A program made the translations under genes and the position numbers. The notes under the pieces were generated by a model. It had not been told where the DNA came from, ran no database searches, and saw nothing but the letters and a program-made list of their open reading frames with translations. 64,000 nt of DNA from Mobula hypostoma (taxonomy: Eukaryota), in assembly GCF_963921235.1 (NCBI RefSeq), contig NC_086108.1:37388001-37452000 (forward strand), in the 5' to 3' direction. Of this stretch, positions 23,707-36,640 are shown one piece after another; position 1 is the stretch's first letter; each line of letters opens with the position of its first letter.

Positions 23707-25069
23707 CAGTGGGTTCCAGTCAATTGGGACATGGTGCGATCAGTACATTTTGGCCCAATTAAATGGCTGTCCCAATTAACTGAAGTTTCATGGAAATAGT
23801 TAAAAAGGTATAAAAAGACAAACTACCATTTAACTGAGTAACACGTTATGTATTTAAATAAAATACAGAACAAATTAGAACAGTACCAATGCTACCACAG
23901 ACCTATAAAAAATGTTCATAATTTTTATCGAAGCAGAATTCATCTGGTGTGTACTGCCATATATGGGGTGTCCAAAGAGGGACAGCATCTCTGATGAATG
24001 GGCTTGTTGTATCCATTCTGGGGCAGCTCACTCGTATTTGGTCCCCTCCAGACACTCAGCTCTCTCACGTGGCTCCAAGTAGCTGTTAGCATGAAACAGC
24101 GGTCACACCCTGGTGCACTGCTTCACCAGGCTGAGAAAACCAGTTGAGGGAAGCCAGCGGGCCTCATACCCTGGTGAGATAGGGATATGCCTGTCCTAGC
24201 ATGTGAAGTCAGCTCTGATGGACTGGGTGAATGTGATCATAGTGAAATCCAGCGGTTAAGATGCTGGTTCTGCAACACTTTGTTAAGAATAAAGAGCATA
24301 TTAGGGCACAGAAGAGGGCATCATTATTCACTGCAACCAAGGAAGACCCCAGTTAGTGATGACTACTTGTACCACAGGACCCGGACTTCTGAGGTCAGGA
24401 GGGTGGACCTGACCCAGTACATGGCTTTTCCACTTTGAAAACTCTTCCACACAGGTTTCCTTGACATTGTCAGATAACCAACATGCTGCCATGTTCTTTT
24501 GATTGACTGTAAATAAATAAAATTGTCACAGACACCTAGTGCAGATTGTGGACTGCCCTCATACAATGCTTTTGATGAGTACATCCCCAAAATCTTCATT
24601 TTCATTGTAACATTCAAGATGATTGTTGATACCTTCAAATTCTTTGTAGTTCCTGATTTGTTGAAGTAGTGAAATTGTTTCATTTTCACTCCCAGCCGTT
24701 TCTGACGAATCCAAGCCTGAATACTTGAAACTACTGTGAACAAAACAGTTCTAAATTGTCTTATTGCTTATTTCTCATCAAATATCAGTGACAAAAATCA
24801 TTGGTTTTTGAATACAAACACACCACAAGTGGCATTATTTAAAAACTATTTGATCTAAGCTTAGTGTAGTGTCTAATGGCCACGTAAGTTCATGGTACTG
24901 ACACTAGTCAGAAACTGTTCAGCAATAGTTTTCTGTCCCAATTAAGTGGTATAGTGTCTCGAATAAACAAAGGGAATTCAACTATTACCTCAATTTGTTT
25001 CTTTCTTCTTTAAGAGTTGGCCCAAATATGCTACTACCCTGATGAATCAATGGACCAATTATTCTACTG
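23707..25069 (-). mobile_element. Tigger/pogo-like (Tc1-mariner) deletion derivative flanked by TA, with a nested RTE-derived insert
   Basis: TA|CAGTGGGTTCC... and ...TTCTACTG|TA termini, repeated subterminal cccaatt motifs, and an acidic transposase-tail-like remnant on the minus strand around 24560-24700. Confidence 0.6.
23961..24483 (+). mobile_element. Short non-autonomous RTE-derived element with imperfect TSD and an HDV-like 5' fold
   Basis: Flanked by TACTGCCAT (23952-23960) and TGCTGCCAT (24484-24492). The 5' GGGGTGT pairs with ACACCCT at 24105-24111. Confidence 0.55.
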
Positions 25070-26104
25070 TATTACTAATGCAAGCACTATTCAAGTTAAG
25101 GATGTGACATAAGGAGATTGCATTATGGGATTGTAATGGATCTGAAAGTGAATCAGCCCAGAATCTCCTTTGGTGGCAAGGTTGGTGATAGTTCAGTATC
25201 CAAACTTCCAATAGAGAGTTAACGCCAACTTTTGCCAGAAATCCAACTGGGCAAGGGGAGAGTCTGGTCATTCACTGGTCAAGATGGTTCTAAGCCTTTA
25301 CTTGCTTCATAGAAAATAGAACATAGAACAGTACAGCACAGCAACAGGTCTTTCAGCCCACAATGCTGTGCTGAACCAGCTAAAAGCAAACCAAATACTC
25401 CCAAGCACTAATCCCTCCTACCTACACCATGTCCATATCCCTCCATCTTCCTTACATTCGTGTGCCTAACCAAATGTCTCTTTGAAACCTCTAATGCATT
25501 TATTGTCAGTCATGTCATTTTCACCATTTTACTGGAATAAATGCATCTACTCATGCGGAGAAAATAAAACAATTAAACATTTTCTCGTCCAGATATTGGC
25601 CCTGGAATGCACTAGAAGAGAATGACTTTGTATTTATTAATTGAAGAAGGCTAGGAGCATATTAAAATCTACACCAAAGTTGATACAAGTGTTCAACAAT
25701 CTTAAGCTTATCCTGGTACCAATGCATGTTTGGGGTAAATTTGAGCCTACAGTCAGTCAGTTTATCTTAGTTCGATCTTTCTATTTTCTTTAAAATCTAT
25801 GACATAATTTGTCACCAAGTAGGAAACAGCTGATATCAGACTGAATCACTAGCAACTAGAAAAATTTTTAACAGAGTGGGTAACGTCAATGAAAATTATA
25901 TTAAGGTAAGGAACCACTGGAATCCATCAATCCTAACTCTGCCCTCTCTTATTTTATCTATTAAGAGATCAAAATATAAAGGGTGAAAAATGCAGCTTTT
26001 TGTCACTAGCACCAACTTCATATGTGTCAACGGTTCATTAATTCAGAAGAATCAAATGAATGGAGTGAGTACAAACGACAGTGGATTTCTTTGCACCTGT
26101 ACCA

Positions 26105-29100
26105 ATATTGACCTTGGTTGGTACTTATTATTGTCATATGTACAAAAGTGCGGTGACATCTATTTATATCATTTCATCACATCAGTGTATTCAGGTACTA
26201 CAAGGGAAAACAATATCAGAATGCAGAATAATGTATTAGAGTAACAGAGAAAGTGCCATGCAAGCAGACAAACAGGTGCAGGGCCATTATGAGGTCAAAG
26301 AGTATATCTTATCATACTAGGGAACTGTTCACTAGTCTTAAACAGTAGGATAGAAGCTTTTGTTGAACCACATTGTATGTGATTCAGGTTTTTGTATCTT
26401 CTGCCTAATGGGAGAATAGACATGAGAGAACATCTAGGGTGAGTGAGCCTTTGAATTTGTTGTGGACTCGAGAAAGTCTGATGATGCCGGAAATCCAAAG
26501 CAACGCACACAAAATGCTGGAGGAACTCAGCAGGTTAGGCAGCGCCTATGGAAGTGAACAGATAGCCGATGTTTCAACCCTTGTCTCGGCGCAAAACGTT
26601 AACTATCTGTTCATCTCCATAGATGCTGCCTGACCTACTGAGTTTGCCAGCATTTTGTGCATCTTGATTTGATTACATTGGCTGTTTTAATGAGGCAGCA
26701 AGGAATGTAGACAGAATCTATGGGCTAGGTGCCAGTTTCTGTGATGTCCTGAGCTATATCCATGTCTCTCTACAGCTTCCTTCAGACTCAGGCAGGGCAA
26801 TTGCCATACCAAGCTGTAATGCATCCAGATAGGATGCTTTCTAGGGGGCATCAATAAGAAAAATTAGTGAGGGTCAAAAGGAACATGCCAAATTTCTAGA
26901 GTCTCCCAAGGAAGTAATGGTGCTGGGGTGTTTTCTTCATCATGGTGTCTAAGGTTGGATCAGGATATGATTGTTGATTTCAGAAAGGAGAAGGAAGGCA
27001 AACATGGGTCAGCCTACATGGAAGGGATCAGCAGCTTTAAATTCCAGGCCTTCAACGTATTGGATGTCCCAGTACATGGGTACAATTGCAAAGAATATGC
27101 ACCAATGTCCTTACTTCCTTAGAAGGTTAAAGAGGTTCAGCTTGTCATTGAACACTGTAACAAGCTTCTACAGATCTGTTGTTGAAAGTATCCTGACTGG
27201 TTGCATCATGGCCTGGTCTGGCAAATTGATTGTGCAGAAATGCTTTTATCCTCACTTTGAAAGGGATAGAACTACAGCTATGAGGATCCTAGAAGCACCC
27301 GGTGACCCAGTGATCTCTGTCTGGGAGGCTGACATCAGGCTGTCTTTCAACAGGGTGAACCCTCACAAGGTGACAGGCTCTGATGGAGTAAAACTCTGAA
27401 AACCTGTGCCAACCAACTGGCGTGAGTGTTCAAAGACATTTTCAATCTTTCATTGTTACAGTCGGAAATTCCCGACTGCTTCAAAGGGCAACAACTGCAC
27501 CAGTGCCAGGAGGAGCTGGGTAAGCTGCCTTAACAACTATCACCCAGAAGCATTCACACCTACAGTGATGAAGTGCAGTGAAAGGATAGTTATGGCTAGA
27601 ATCAACTTCTGTCTCAACAAGAACCTGGACCCACTGCAATTTGCCTATTGCTACAATAGGTCCATGGCAGATGTGATCGCATTGGCTCTTCATGCGGCCT
27701 TTTATCACCTGGACAATACAAAAACTTTATGCCAGAATGCTGTTTATTCACTACAGTTCAGTGTTTAACACCATCTTTCCTACAGTCCTGACTGAAAAGC
27801 TACAGAACCTGGGCTTCTCTTGGTGACAAGAGGGCACACAAGAGCATGATATACCAGCTAGATGAGTGGTGTCACAGCAAAAACCTTGCACTCAGCCGCA
27901 GTAAGACCAAAGAACTGGTTGTGGACTTCAGAAAAGGTAAGATGAGACAACACATACCAATCCTCATAGAGGGATCAGAAGTGGAAAGATTGAGCAATTT
28001 CAAGTTCCTGGGTGTCAATATCTCTGAGGAACTAACCTGGACTGAACATATCAATGCAGCTACAAAATAAAAAAGCATAACAGTGGCTATATTTCATTAG
28101 GAGTTTGAGGAGATCTAGTACATAACCAAAAAATACTTAACTTTCTACAGATGTGCTACGGAAAGTGTTCTAACTGGCTGCATCACCATCTGGTATGGGG
28201 TGGGGGGCTACTGCATAGGAACAAAGTCAGCTGCAGAGAGTAGTAAACCTAGTCAGCTCCATCATGGGAACTGGCCTCCATGGTATCCTGGACATCTTCA
28301 AGCTCAGTGCCTCAGAAAAGCAGCATCCATCATTAAGGACCCACATCACCCTGGACATGGCCGTCTTTTCATTGTTATTGTCAGAAAGGAGGTACGGAAG
28401 CCTGAAGGCACACACTCAGTGATTCAGGAACAGCTTCTTCCCCTCTGCCATCTGATTGCTAAATGGACGTTGAACCTGTGAACACTACCTCACTACTTTT
28501 CGATTTCTGTTTTTGTACTACTTATTTAATTTGTGTAACTATTTTATACATATATATATTTACTGTACTTCTCAAGTTTTTTCTATATTATCATGCATTG
28601 CATTGTACTGCTGGCGATGCTTCGAAAAGGTGGGCTCCATCATTAAGAACCCACATCACCCTAGACATGCCGCCTTCTCATCAGGGAGGAGGTACAGAAG
28701 CCTGAAGGCACACATTCAGTGATCCAGGACTGGTTTTTACCCCTCTTACATCCTATTTCTGAATGGACATTGAACCCATGAGCACTAGTTCACCCCCTTT
28801 TTATTTCTTTTCTTTTTGCATTGCTTATTTAAGTGCAATTATACTTTTACTGTAATTCTCAGTTTTTTTGCATTGTACTGCTGCCACAAAGTTAACAATT
28901 TTCATGACCTATGCTGGTGAGATTAAGCCTGTTTCTGATTCTGATTCTGAGTGTAAAGAGTAGTGGACTCTGCCCAATTCATCAAGGGCACATCCCTCCC
29001 TACCACCGGTAATATCTACAGGAGGCACTGCCTCAGTAAGGCAACGTCTATCATCAAAGATCCCCACCATCTGACCAAGCCACCTTTACGCAGCTACCAT

Positions 29101-29435
29101 CCGTCAGGAGGTACAGAAGCCTGAATTTCCACCCCACCAGGTTCACAAACAGCTACTTCACTTCAACCATTCATTTCTTGAACCAGCTGAAACAGCCCTA
29201 ATCACCACAAGTTATCAGCACCATGACTACCTTGACCTCCTTGCACTAAAATAGACTTTGTATTTTTATGCTCCTGTTGTGCTTTCTTGTATAATTCATG
29301 ATCAATTTGCTCTCTTGTGAATCCTACTTATACACTGCTTCGTGACTGTGATGCTGCTGCAAGTAAGATTTTCATTGCTCCTGTGCATGCATGTACTTGT
29401 GCATATGACAATAAACTTGATTTTGACTTTGACAA
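26105..29435. mobile_element. Cluster of Rex1/Babar fragments: one minus copy (26105-26930, with a Penelope-type piece inside) and several plus-strand pieces
   Basis: ORFs with LDPLQFAYCYNRSMADVI and LVVDFRKG..FKFLGVNISEELTW. Three successive ASIIK(D/N)PH..RRYRSL-type 3' ends near 28320, 28630 and 29040. Confidence 0.8.
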
Positions 29436-31856
29436 ATTACAATGACAACTACACTTACAAAACTATATTTGTTGTAAAACACATGTGAGGACCCTAGTGA
29501 GATTTTTTTTGATTATGTTGGAAAGGACAGGCATAATACTTAATGGAAATACCCAGGCAGTATCTATGGAGAAAGAAAAACATTTTCACATTGATGACCC
29601 TTCATAGGAGCAGAATTAGGCCACTTGGCCCTTCGAACCTGCTCCACATCCTATCATGCTGATTTATTAACCCTATCAACACCATTCTCTTGCCTTCTCC
29701 CTGTAACCTTTGACAACATTACTAATCAAAAACCTATCAGCCTGCGCTTTAAATATACCCCAGGAATTGGACTCCACAGCAGTCTGTGGTCTTGAATCAT
29801 TCATTCTCCTTCTCTCTGCAGAGATGGTTCTCACCTGCTAGGTATCTCCAGCATTCTCTTTTTCTGTTTAAGATTTCAAGCACTTTCAAATTTTTTTTAC
29901 AGTGATTCATAATGGGATAAGAGCCAGAGACTGTCAATTTGAAGGTTAACCCCTCGGCCTCTATTCGTGACACAGTCATCCATTGTTTAAATTTCTGTAA
30001 CAATGTTACTAATTTATAAAATCTACTCCATTATGCCAATGTCAAGGAATTGTGGCAAATGTTTGATGAGTCTAGTACTTCCCTTTGCATTCATTAAGAC
30101 TTTTAGGGAAATGAATAGTCAACATTACGTTTGCCACAAGATCCCAAGAGAGAAATTAATTGCAGGCTGCCTTCTCTTTCTGCTTTTTCTGCATTTTCAT
30201 ATATTTATCTCCCTTGACAGGAGGCTCAGTTGGCACAAATTATGTTGATGGTTTCATTTTTGCCTCAGAAAATTTAAGACACAGCTCCAGCTGACATGTC
30301 AATGCTGTTACTTTAGTTCAGCGTTAAGGGGATCACATATTAAACTAGGATCATTTTGTTTGCATATCTTTGAAAACAGAGCATGTATGTTCAACTTTTA
30401 GCTTTGGGGTTTCTTTTTCCATCTTTCACACAGAGATAACATCTGACAGCTGTAATAATTTTGGCTAGGACGTCCTTTCTTAGTAAAATATGCTCTTGTT
30501 GCTAGCATAACTTAAGGTATTACACAGACTGGAATCAGCAACATTTCACTAAAATGACAACGTCTTAAGGAGGAACAGATAGCAGCACCATTTTTGCAGT
30601 ATTTGTGAGGGAAAAAAACAAAGTATTTAATGCACATTTGTTGTCAATGCAAAATATGTAAGCTGCCCCATATTGTAAAAAGTGGCAAGTTATTAAACAA
30701 TTTGTTGTGCTCTGCAAATAAGCTCCAAATAAAAAACATAATCTCATTGTCTACCCCCTAATGTGTTTCAAGTCATTACTACACTTCTGTCAAAAAAATG
30801 CTATTAAACTCATTACTTTAACTTCAGCAGATGATCACTTCAAATAAACTTCACAAAACGTCTCATCAAAACAAAAAGCTGTTGTGATAAGCTGGAAGAA
30901 ATAGCCATTACAAATCCATATTGGTTGGATCCGCTCAGCCAAAAAATTGTGATGATCTAGTCATGATGAAGACTATTTGTAGTGGGTGCATCTGACCTCT
31001 AGCTCTACTCAGGACTCAGCATTGATTAATAAAGATAATTTAAAAAATGAAAATAGGGCTTCATCAGGGTCAACCGGGTGGTGTGGTTGCAGGGCTCCAG
31101 ATGAATTACTGAGAGGCCCCTCCATACATAACTGCAGAATTGGGCATCGCCTCCATGTTGTAGGGAGCTGCACAGCAGCAGAATGGTGCTATTGGGATAG
31201 GTGTAGGGGTGCTTGGGGTTAAGGTAGTGAGTGAAGGGTGATGGTTTGGATCAAGCATGATTTGACTTAATGTGCTTTAGTCACTTTATCTTTAGTTTGA
31301 AAATTATGTGTCTAAAGTGAGATGAGGTGAAGTCAGCTGAATCAACTAATGCAGCTTGGAAGCTTGAAAAGAGGGGCCCAGAAAACAGAGCGTGGTTAGT
31401 ACACACACTCCTCAAAGTGGAGCAGCCTCTGGGCAGTGAGGGAGTTTTAATGAGTCAGTTCTGCAGGAGAATCACATTTGTGTGCATCAGGTAGTGGGCA
31501 GATTAGTAATATCTGTAAAAGTTTGTGAGAGTGAGGCTTTGTAGGGCATTTTGGGTGAGTGGAATGCATCATGTTGAAGGTGGCATTCCCCTGGAGACTA
31601 TGTGTTCCCAGAGATAACTTCAGCTGAAGGCCCATGTTTCTGAGCTGGGACAGCAACTGTAGGCTATCCATGAGGCTGAGAATTTTGTATACAGCACATT
31701 GAGGGAGATGTGCAATAGAAGTTGGAGCACCTGGGTGACAGACTGGGAGGATGAGGCAGCTAAGGTTTGAGACTCTGAATCAAACTTACTACCTAACAGA
31801 TTTTCTTTTTTGGATACATTAAAACTGATAGCTCACCAGAATTAGGAGTGTGTACA

Positions 31857-32723
31857 TGCAACTCTCTCACCAGGCTCGAATACAAACTTGGCTGTCTCTG
31901 TCTCTGCTAGCAACCAAATAACTCAGTGGCGATAAGGCCACCTTTTATCAGCAATGTACGTTTAGGATTGGTATGATTTGAGGTTCAACCAAACAAGAAA
32001 GCTAGGATGTTCTGATTAACGAACATTGATTGTAGTGAATGCTGTGAAACTACTGTCCGATACACAGTTATCGGTCTCCAAGAAATAACAGATTGTACAC
32101 CAGCATAAAATTATAAAAGAGTATATTTACCAATTTTCAACATTATCAAACAGTTAACAAAAAAAGTAAAAGGGCTCATTACGTTTAAACCGATCCAATG
32201 TGCACATAAACGTTGGAGCTCATTACTGAAATAGTCAGGTGTATCGCTTTACTCACACAGTTCTACGTGCAGGACACCAGTCACAGTTCGAACTTCCCTT
32301 GAAGACCATCTTGAATGAACTGGCTAACTCAGGAGTATTGGCACTTCCTCCTTTAAAACATTCATCTGCACAAAGCACTTCTCACAACAGGGTCTTTCCT
32401 TCAAGCAGCATTCTGCATCTTCCCTTCTGCCCTGCTCCACAGCTCCAACAAAAAGACCCCAAACCAGACAACTGTCCTTCAGAAATTTGATCCCGTCCAG
32501 CCCTTTTGATTTTCCAAGACAATCCCACTGAGCAGATAGTTACAATACGTACCAAGACAATCTGGATAGGCTGACATAAATTTCCTAAGTTGGACAAAAT
32601 GGCTTCCTAGTGTTAGCCAAAACCAAAACACTCTAATTAGCAGGACACACTGCTTCTGTAGAAAACTGTTAAAGTAAAAATACCTCACAGCATAGCAGTA
32701 GAAACCTTAACCAGGGCATTATT
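31857..32723 (-). mobile_element. Solo LTR, inverted homologue of 10607-11463
   Basis: Reverse complement starts ataatgccctggttaaggtttctactgctatgctgt (cf. gtaatgccctggttaagatttccactgctatgctgt) and ends ggtgagagagttgca. No clear TSD. Confidence 0.8.
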
Positions 32724-32729
32724 TTCAGA

Positions 32730-35700
32730 TAGAGATGCCTACTCTTCCTGATTTTTATAAATGACTTGGACGAGAAAGTGGAAGGGTGGGTTATTAATTT
32801 TGCTGATGACACAAAGACTGGTGGTAATATAGATAGTATAGCAGGTTTTCATTGATTACAATTGGACATTGATAGGATACAGAGCTGTGTTGAGAAGTGG
32901 TTGATGGAGTTCAGTTCAGAAAAGTGTGATGTGATAGACTTTGGAAGGTTGAACTTGAAGGCAGAGCAGCATTTCATGCAAAAAGATGCTCAACAAGACA
33001 AGAGCCCATGGTATTACTGAAAATATATCAGCATGGATAAAATAATGGCTGACTGGCAGGAGGCAAAATGTAAGAATATAGGTAGCCTTCTCTAGTTGGC
33101 TGCTGTTGACTAGTTGTGTTCCGCAGGGTTTGGTGTTGGACTGCTTCTTTTCACGTAATATTTCAATGATCTGAATGATAGAATTTGTGGCTTTGTAACC
33201 AAGATTTCAGAAAATACGAAGATAGGTGAAGGGGTAGGTAGTGTTGAGGAAGTAGAGAGTCTACTGAGGAACTTAGATTATGAAAACACACAATGAAATG
33301 GCAGATGGAATATAATGTTGGGAAGTATATGGTCATGCACTTTGGTAGAAGGAGTAAAAGCACAGACCATTTTCTAAATGAGAGAAAATTCAAAATTCCG
33401 AGGTGTAAGGGGACTTGGGAGGTCTCGTGCAGGATTCCCTAAAGGTTAGTTTGCAGGTTGTGTCAGTGGTGAGTGCTGTGTATTTAATATTTCAATAATA
33501 TTTGAATAATTATATATATACACATATATTGGTTGATTAACCATTCTTGTTTGTTTAAATAATTGTGGGTTATATGTAAAAATATGGTAATTGCATACGT
33601 CATCATGCTCCACATGATACATGTGCACCTCACTTCAAGTAAACTTACACTACACCTGTATTTCAGATTCCCTGCATGTTCCTCTGAATTAGTTTAATGT
33701 TTTGAAGTTACAAGACAAACCATTGGTGACAAGGTATTTTAAAATGACCCCAAGATGGCTACCGACCTGTAAAATGGCAGCGAGACATCTGAAATAAAAT
33801 AAAGTGCAGCGGGAACATTGGTGAGTAAAATGGCACCCCAGCACATTGAGAAACAGTCAAGCTTAAAACGAAAGCAACCGACAAAAGTTCTTCGGAAGTA
33901 AAGACACAGTCAACTTTTTTTAAAGGCAAGAAACAGAAAAATTCAGGGTTAATAAACTGTGAGTACCAGGTGATACTATCATTAAAAAAAAATCAAAAAT
34001 GGCTGGGATGGCTGGTTACATCAGAAAGATTGGTGAGTTTGATTGAACATTGGGTAATTGTCTCATATACACTGAGCTATTGGAACAGTATTTTGAAGCA
34101 AATGAAATAACCAATGAGAAGCAGGTGCAAATTTTCCAAGTCCATTCGGGATAAGAGCATAGAGTTTGCTTCGATGTTTGACTCCCCCAACTAATCCACC
34201 AGAAATGAGCTTTCGTGCTACTGTAAAAGTAATTTAGGTACATTTAGAACTGAAATCATTGTTGATTGCAGAACGCTTTAGGCTTCACAAGTGGAATCAA
34301 AAAGAAGGGAGTCTATTTCAATATACATGGCTGAATTGCAGAGATCGTCTGAGCACTGTCAATTTGGTAATGGGCTTAATGATACACTAAGAGATTGTTT
34401 AGTTTGTGGAATATTAAAAGAAAACATTTAAAAACAGCTCCTAATTGAAGCACAGCATACATTCAAACAAGCAATGGAAATCGCTGTTTCAATGGAAACC
34501 AGAGAAAGAGACATAATTCAGTTGCAGTCAAGAATGAAAGTGAGCATGAACAAAATTGCATTGTCTGAGCAGAAAATGGCCTGGCTGAACAAATTGCATT
34601 GCTATTATAGTAGGGATTCACATGCATCAGACCAATGCAGGTTTAAGGGCAAAACTTGCAGAAAACGTGACAAAGTTGGACATGTACAAAGCGTATGTTG
34701 GGCAGACAAAATTAAATGGACTGCTCAGGGAAGAGAAAATGCTAAAAAGGCAAGTTGTCGTTTCAAAAAGAACTAATCTGCATGCTGCTGTTGAAAAATC
34801 TGAAAATGTTGAGAATACTACAGAATAGTGCAGCCTTGTGATTTACAGTGTGAAAATTAACAACAGACAAGCAATATGGCTTTCTCTAGAAGTGAATGGC
34901 AAATTAATTAAAATGGAATTAGACATTGGTCCAGCTGTTTCAGTCATTCCACAATATGAGTTTGAGAGGCATTTCAAAGATACCAAACTGAAGCCTGCAG
35001 ATATCCAACTAAGAACTTACACTGGAGAAAAGATAACTCCTGTGGGAATGACATTCATGACAGTAAAATACAACAACCAATAAGCCATATTGAGCTTGTA
35101 TGTGGTTAAAAACAGGAGGATAAGCACTGTGGTGATGGGATTGGCTGAGCCAACTACAACTTGATTGGAGATCCATTCACAATTTGCATGCCATATCCCA
35201 ACAGAGTTGGGAACTGTTGCCCAACAGAGGACAAACAGGTGTTGGTGCCAACTTCTGTGCCTCTGGTTGGAAAACATATTAGACCAATGAAGGACCATGG
35301 TGCTCAGAGGGATTGTGTCAGTGATGAAAGCAATGATCCAACTACAAACAGTTTTTGTAGGCAACATATCGAGAAAACTTCTGGTATGTGAATCAGGCAG
35401 TTACTTGTGAAATGTGGCTTGGTTTTAAGCTGGAAGAGAGTTTGAGGATCTTCAGGAAAGTTGTAAGCATTTCGCTTTGGTGAGCATTAAGATCAGGAAT
35501 CTACACTGTGTGCATTACGGTTATTGCATGAACTTCAGGTGGGATACAAAAAGTAGATGAAAAGACCAAAGCACAGCTGGATGAATGGAAGGTTAAAAAG
35601 AAAGGAGTCAATGGAGGTACGAAAACAGAGGATTCTTTAGATATTTTGTGGATGTGGAAACCAAGAGGAGAGATCAGATTGTAAAGGGAGCAACTGAGAA

Positions 35701-36640
35701 TAATCCAGTGAACTAAATGGATCTTCCCAAGATCAAGATTCACAAGTTAGAAGAAAAAGGAGGAAAGTGAAGGAAAGAAAGAATGTGTATGATAGAGAAT
35801 GATGTGAAATAGAAAATGAATGTGAGAAAGAAAAAGGGACTGAAGTAGATCCATGAGGAAAAAGAGAAGAAAGGTGTTCAGAACTATCAGAACCATTCTC
35901 TGCAGTCTCAGAGTTATCTCCTATAATCACCACGGAGGAGGACCAGAACCTGAGATTGTTTTCACGGCAGCAAATTCACCAGCCCAGCAGAGTGGTCCCC
36001 CTCATCAGGAAAGATATAACCCACAAGAGTAAGGAATTCTCCACAGTGATTAAATCTTTAGGCCTGAATAGGACAATTTAAAATTTACTATGCTGTGGAT
36101 GCCTGTATATAATAGTTGTATTATATAGTATACTGCATATATAGATGAGATGCATTCTATATTGAGTGGGAGTTTATAGCTAAGTAGGGAGGAGAAGTGT
36201 TGTGAATTTAATATTTCAATAATATTTAAGTAATGTTATATATACTGTATATTGGTCAGTTAAGCACTCTTGTTCACATAAATAATTAATTATGGGTTAC
36301 ATGTAAAAATATGTTTATTGCACACATCATTATACCATCATGTGATACATTCATGCCTCGCTTAAAGTAAACTAAAACTACACACATATTTCAGACTCCC
36401 TGCCTGGTCCTCTAAATTAGTTTAATGTTTTAAAGTGATAAGACATAACTGCGAGGAAGCCAAATGCAATCTTAACAGTCATTTCAAGAGGACTAGAATA
36501 TAAAAACAAGGATTAATGCTGAGACTTTATAAGACACTGGTGAGGCCTCACTTGGAATATTGTGAGCCGTTTGGGCCCCTTATTTAAGGAAGGGTGGAGA
36601 GGGTTCAGAGGAGGTTTATGAATATGAGAGAGTAATGAAA
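32730..36640 (+). mobile_element. Degraded CR1 fragments; the second is interrupted by the Gypsy element at 33474-36450
   Basis: RT motifs (FADDTK) near 32800. The host frame joins across the insertion as cagtggtgag|gaagccaaatgc (VVRK.NA). Confidence 0.75.
33474..36450 (+). mobile_element. Gypsy LTR element, Mag-like, non-autonomous (gag + protease only)
   Basis: LTRs 33474-33722 and 36198-36450; TSD GTGAG/GCGAG; PBS-like TGGTGACAAGG at 33724; PPT agggaggagaag. Degenerate gag (AERFRLHKWNQKEG), Zn knuckles and protease (MELDIGPAVSVI). No RT or integrase recognised. Confidence 0.85.

Noticed and set aside
31380..31800. Possible CR1 ORF1 (zinc finger/leucine zipper) remnant
   Set aside because: Too degraded to delimit or support by eye.
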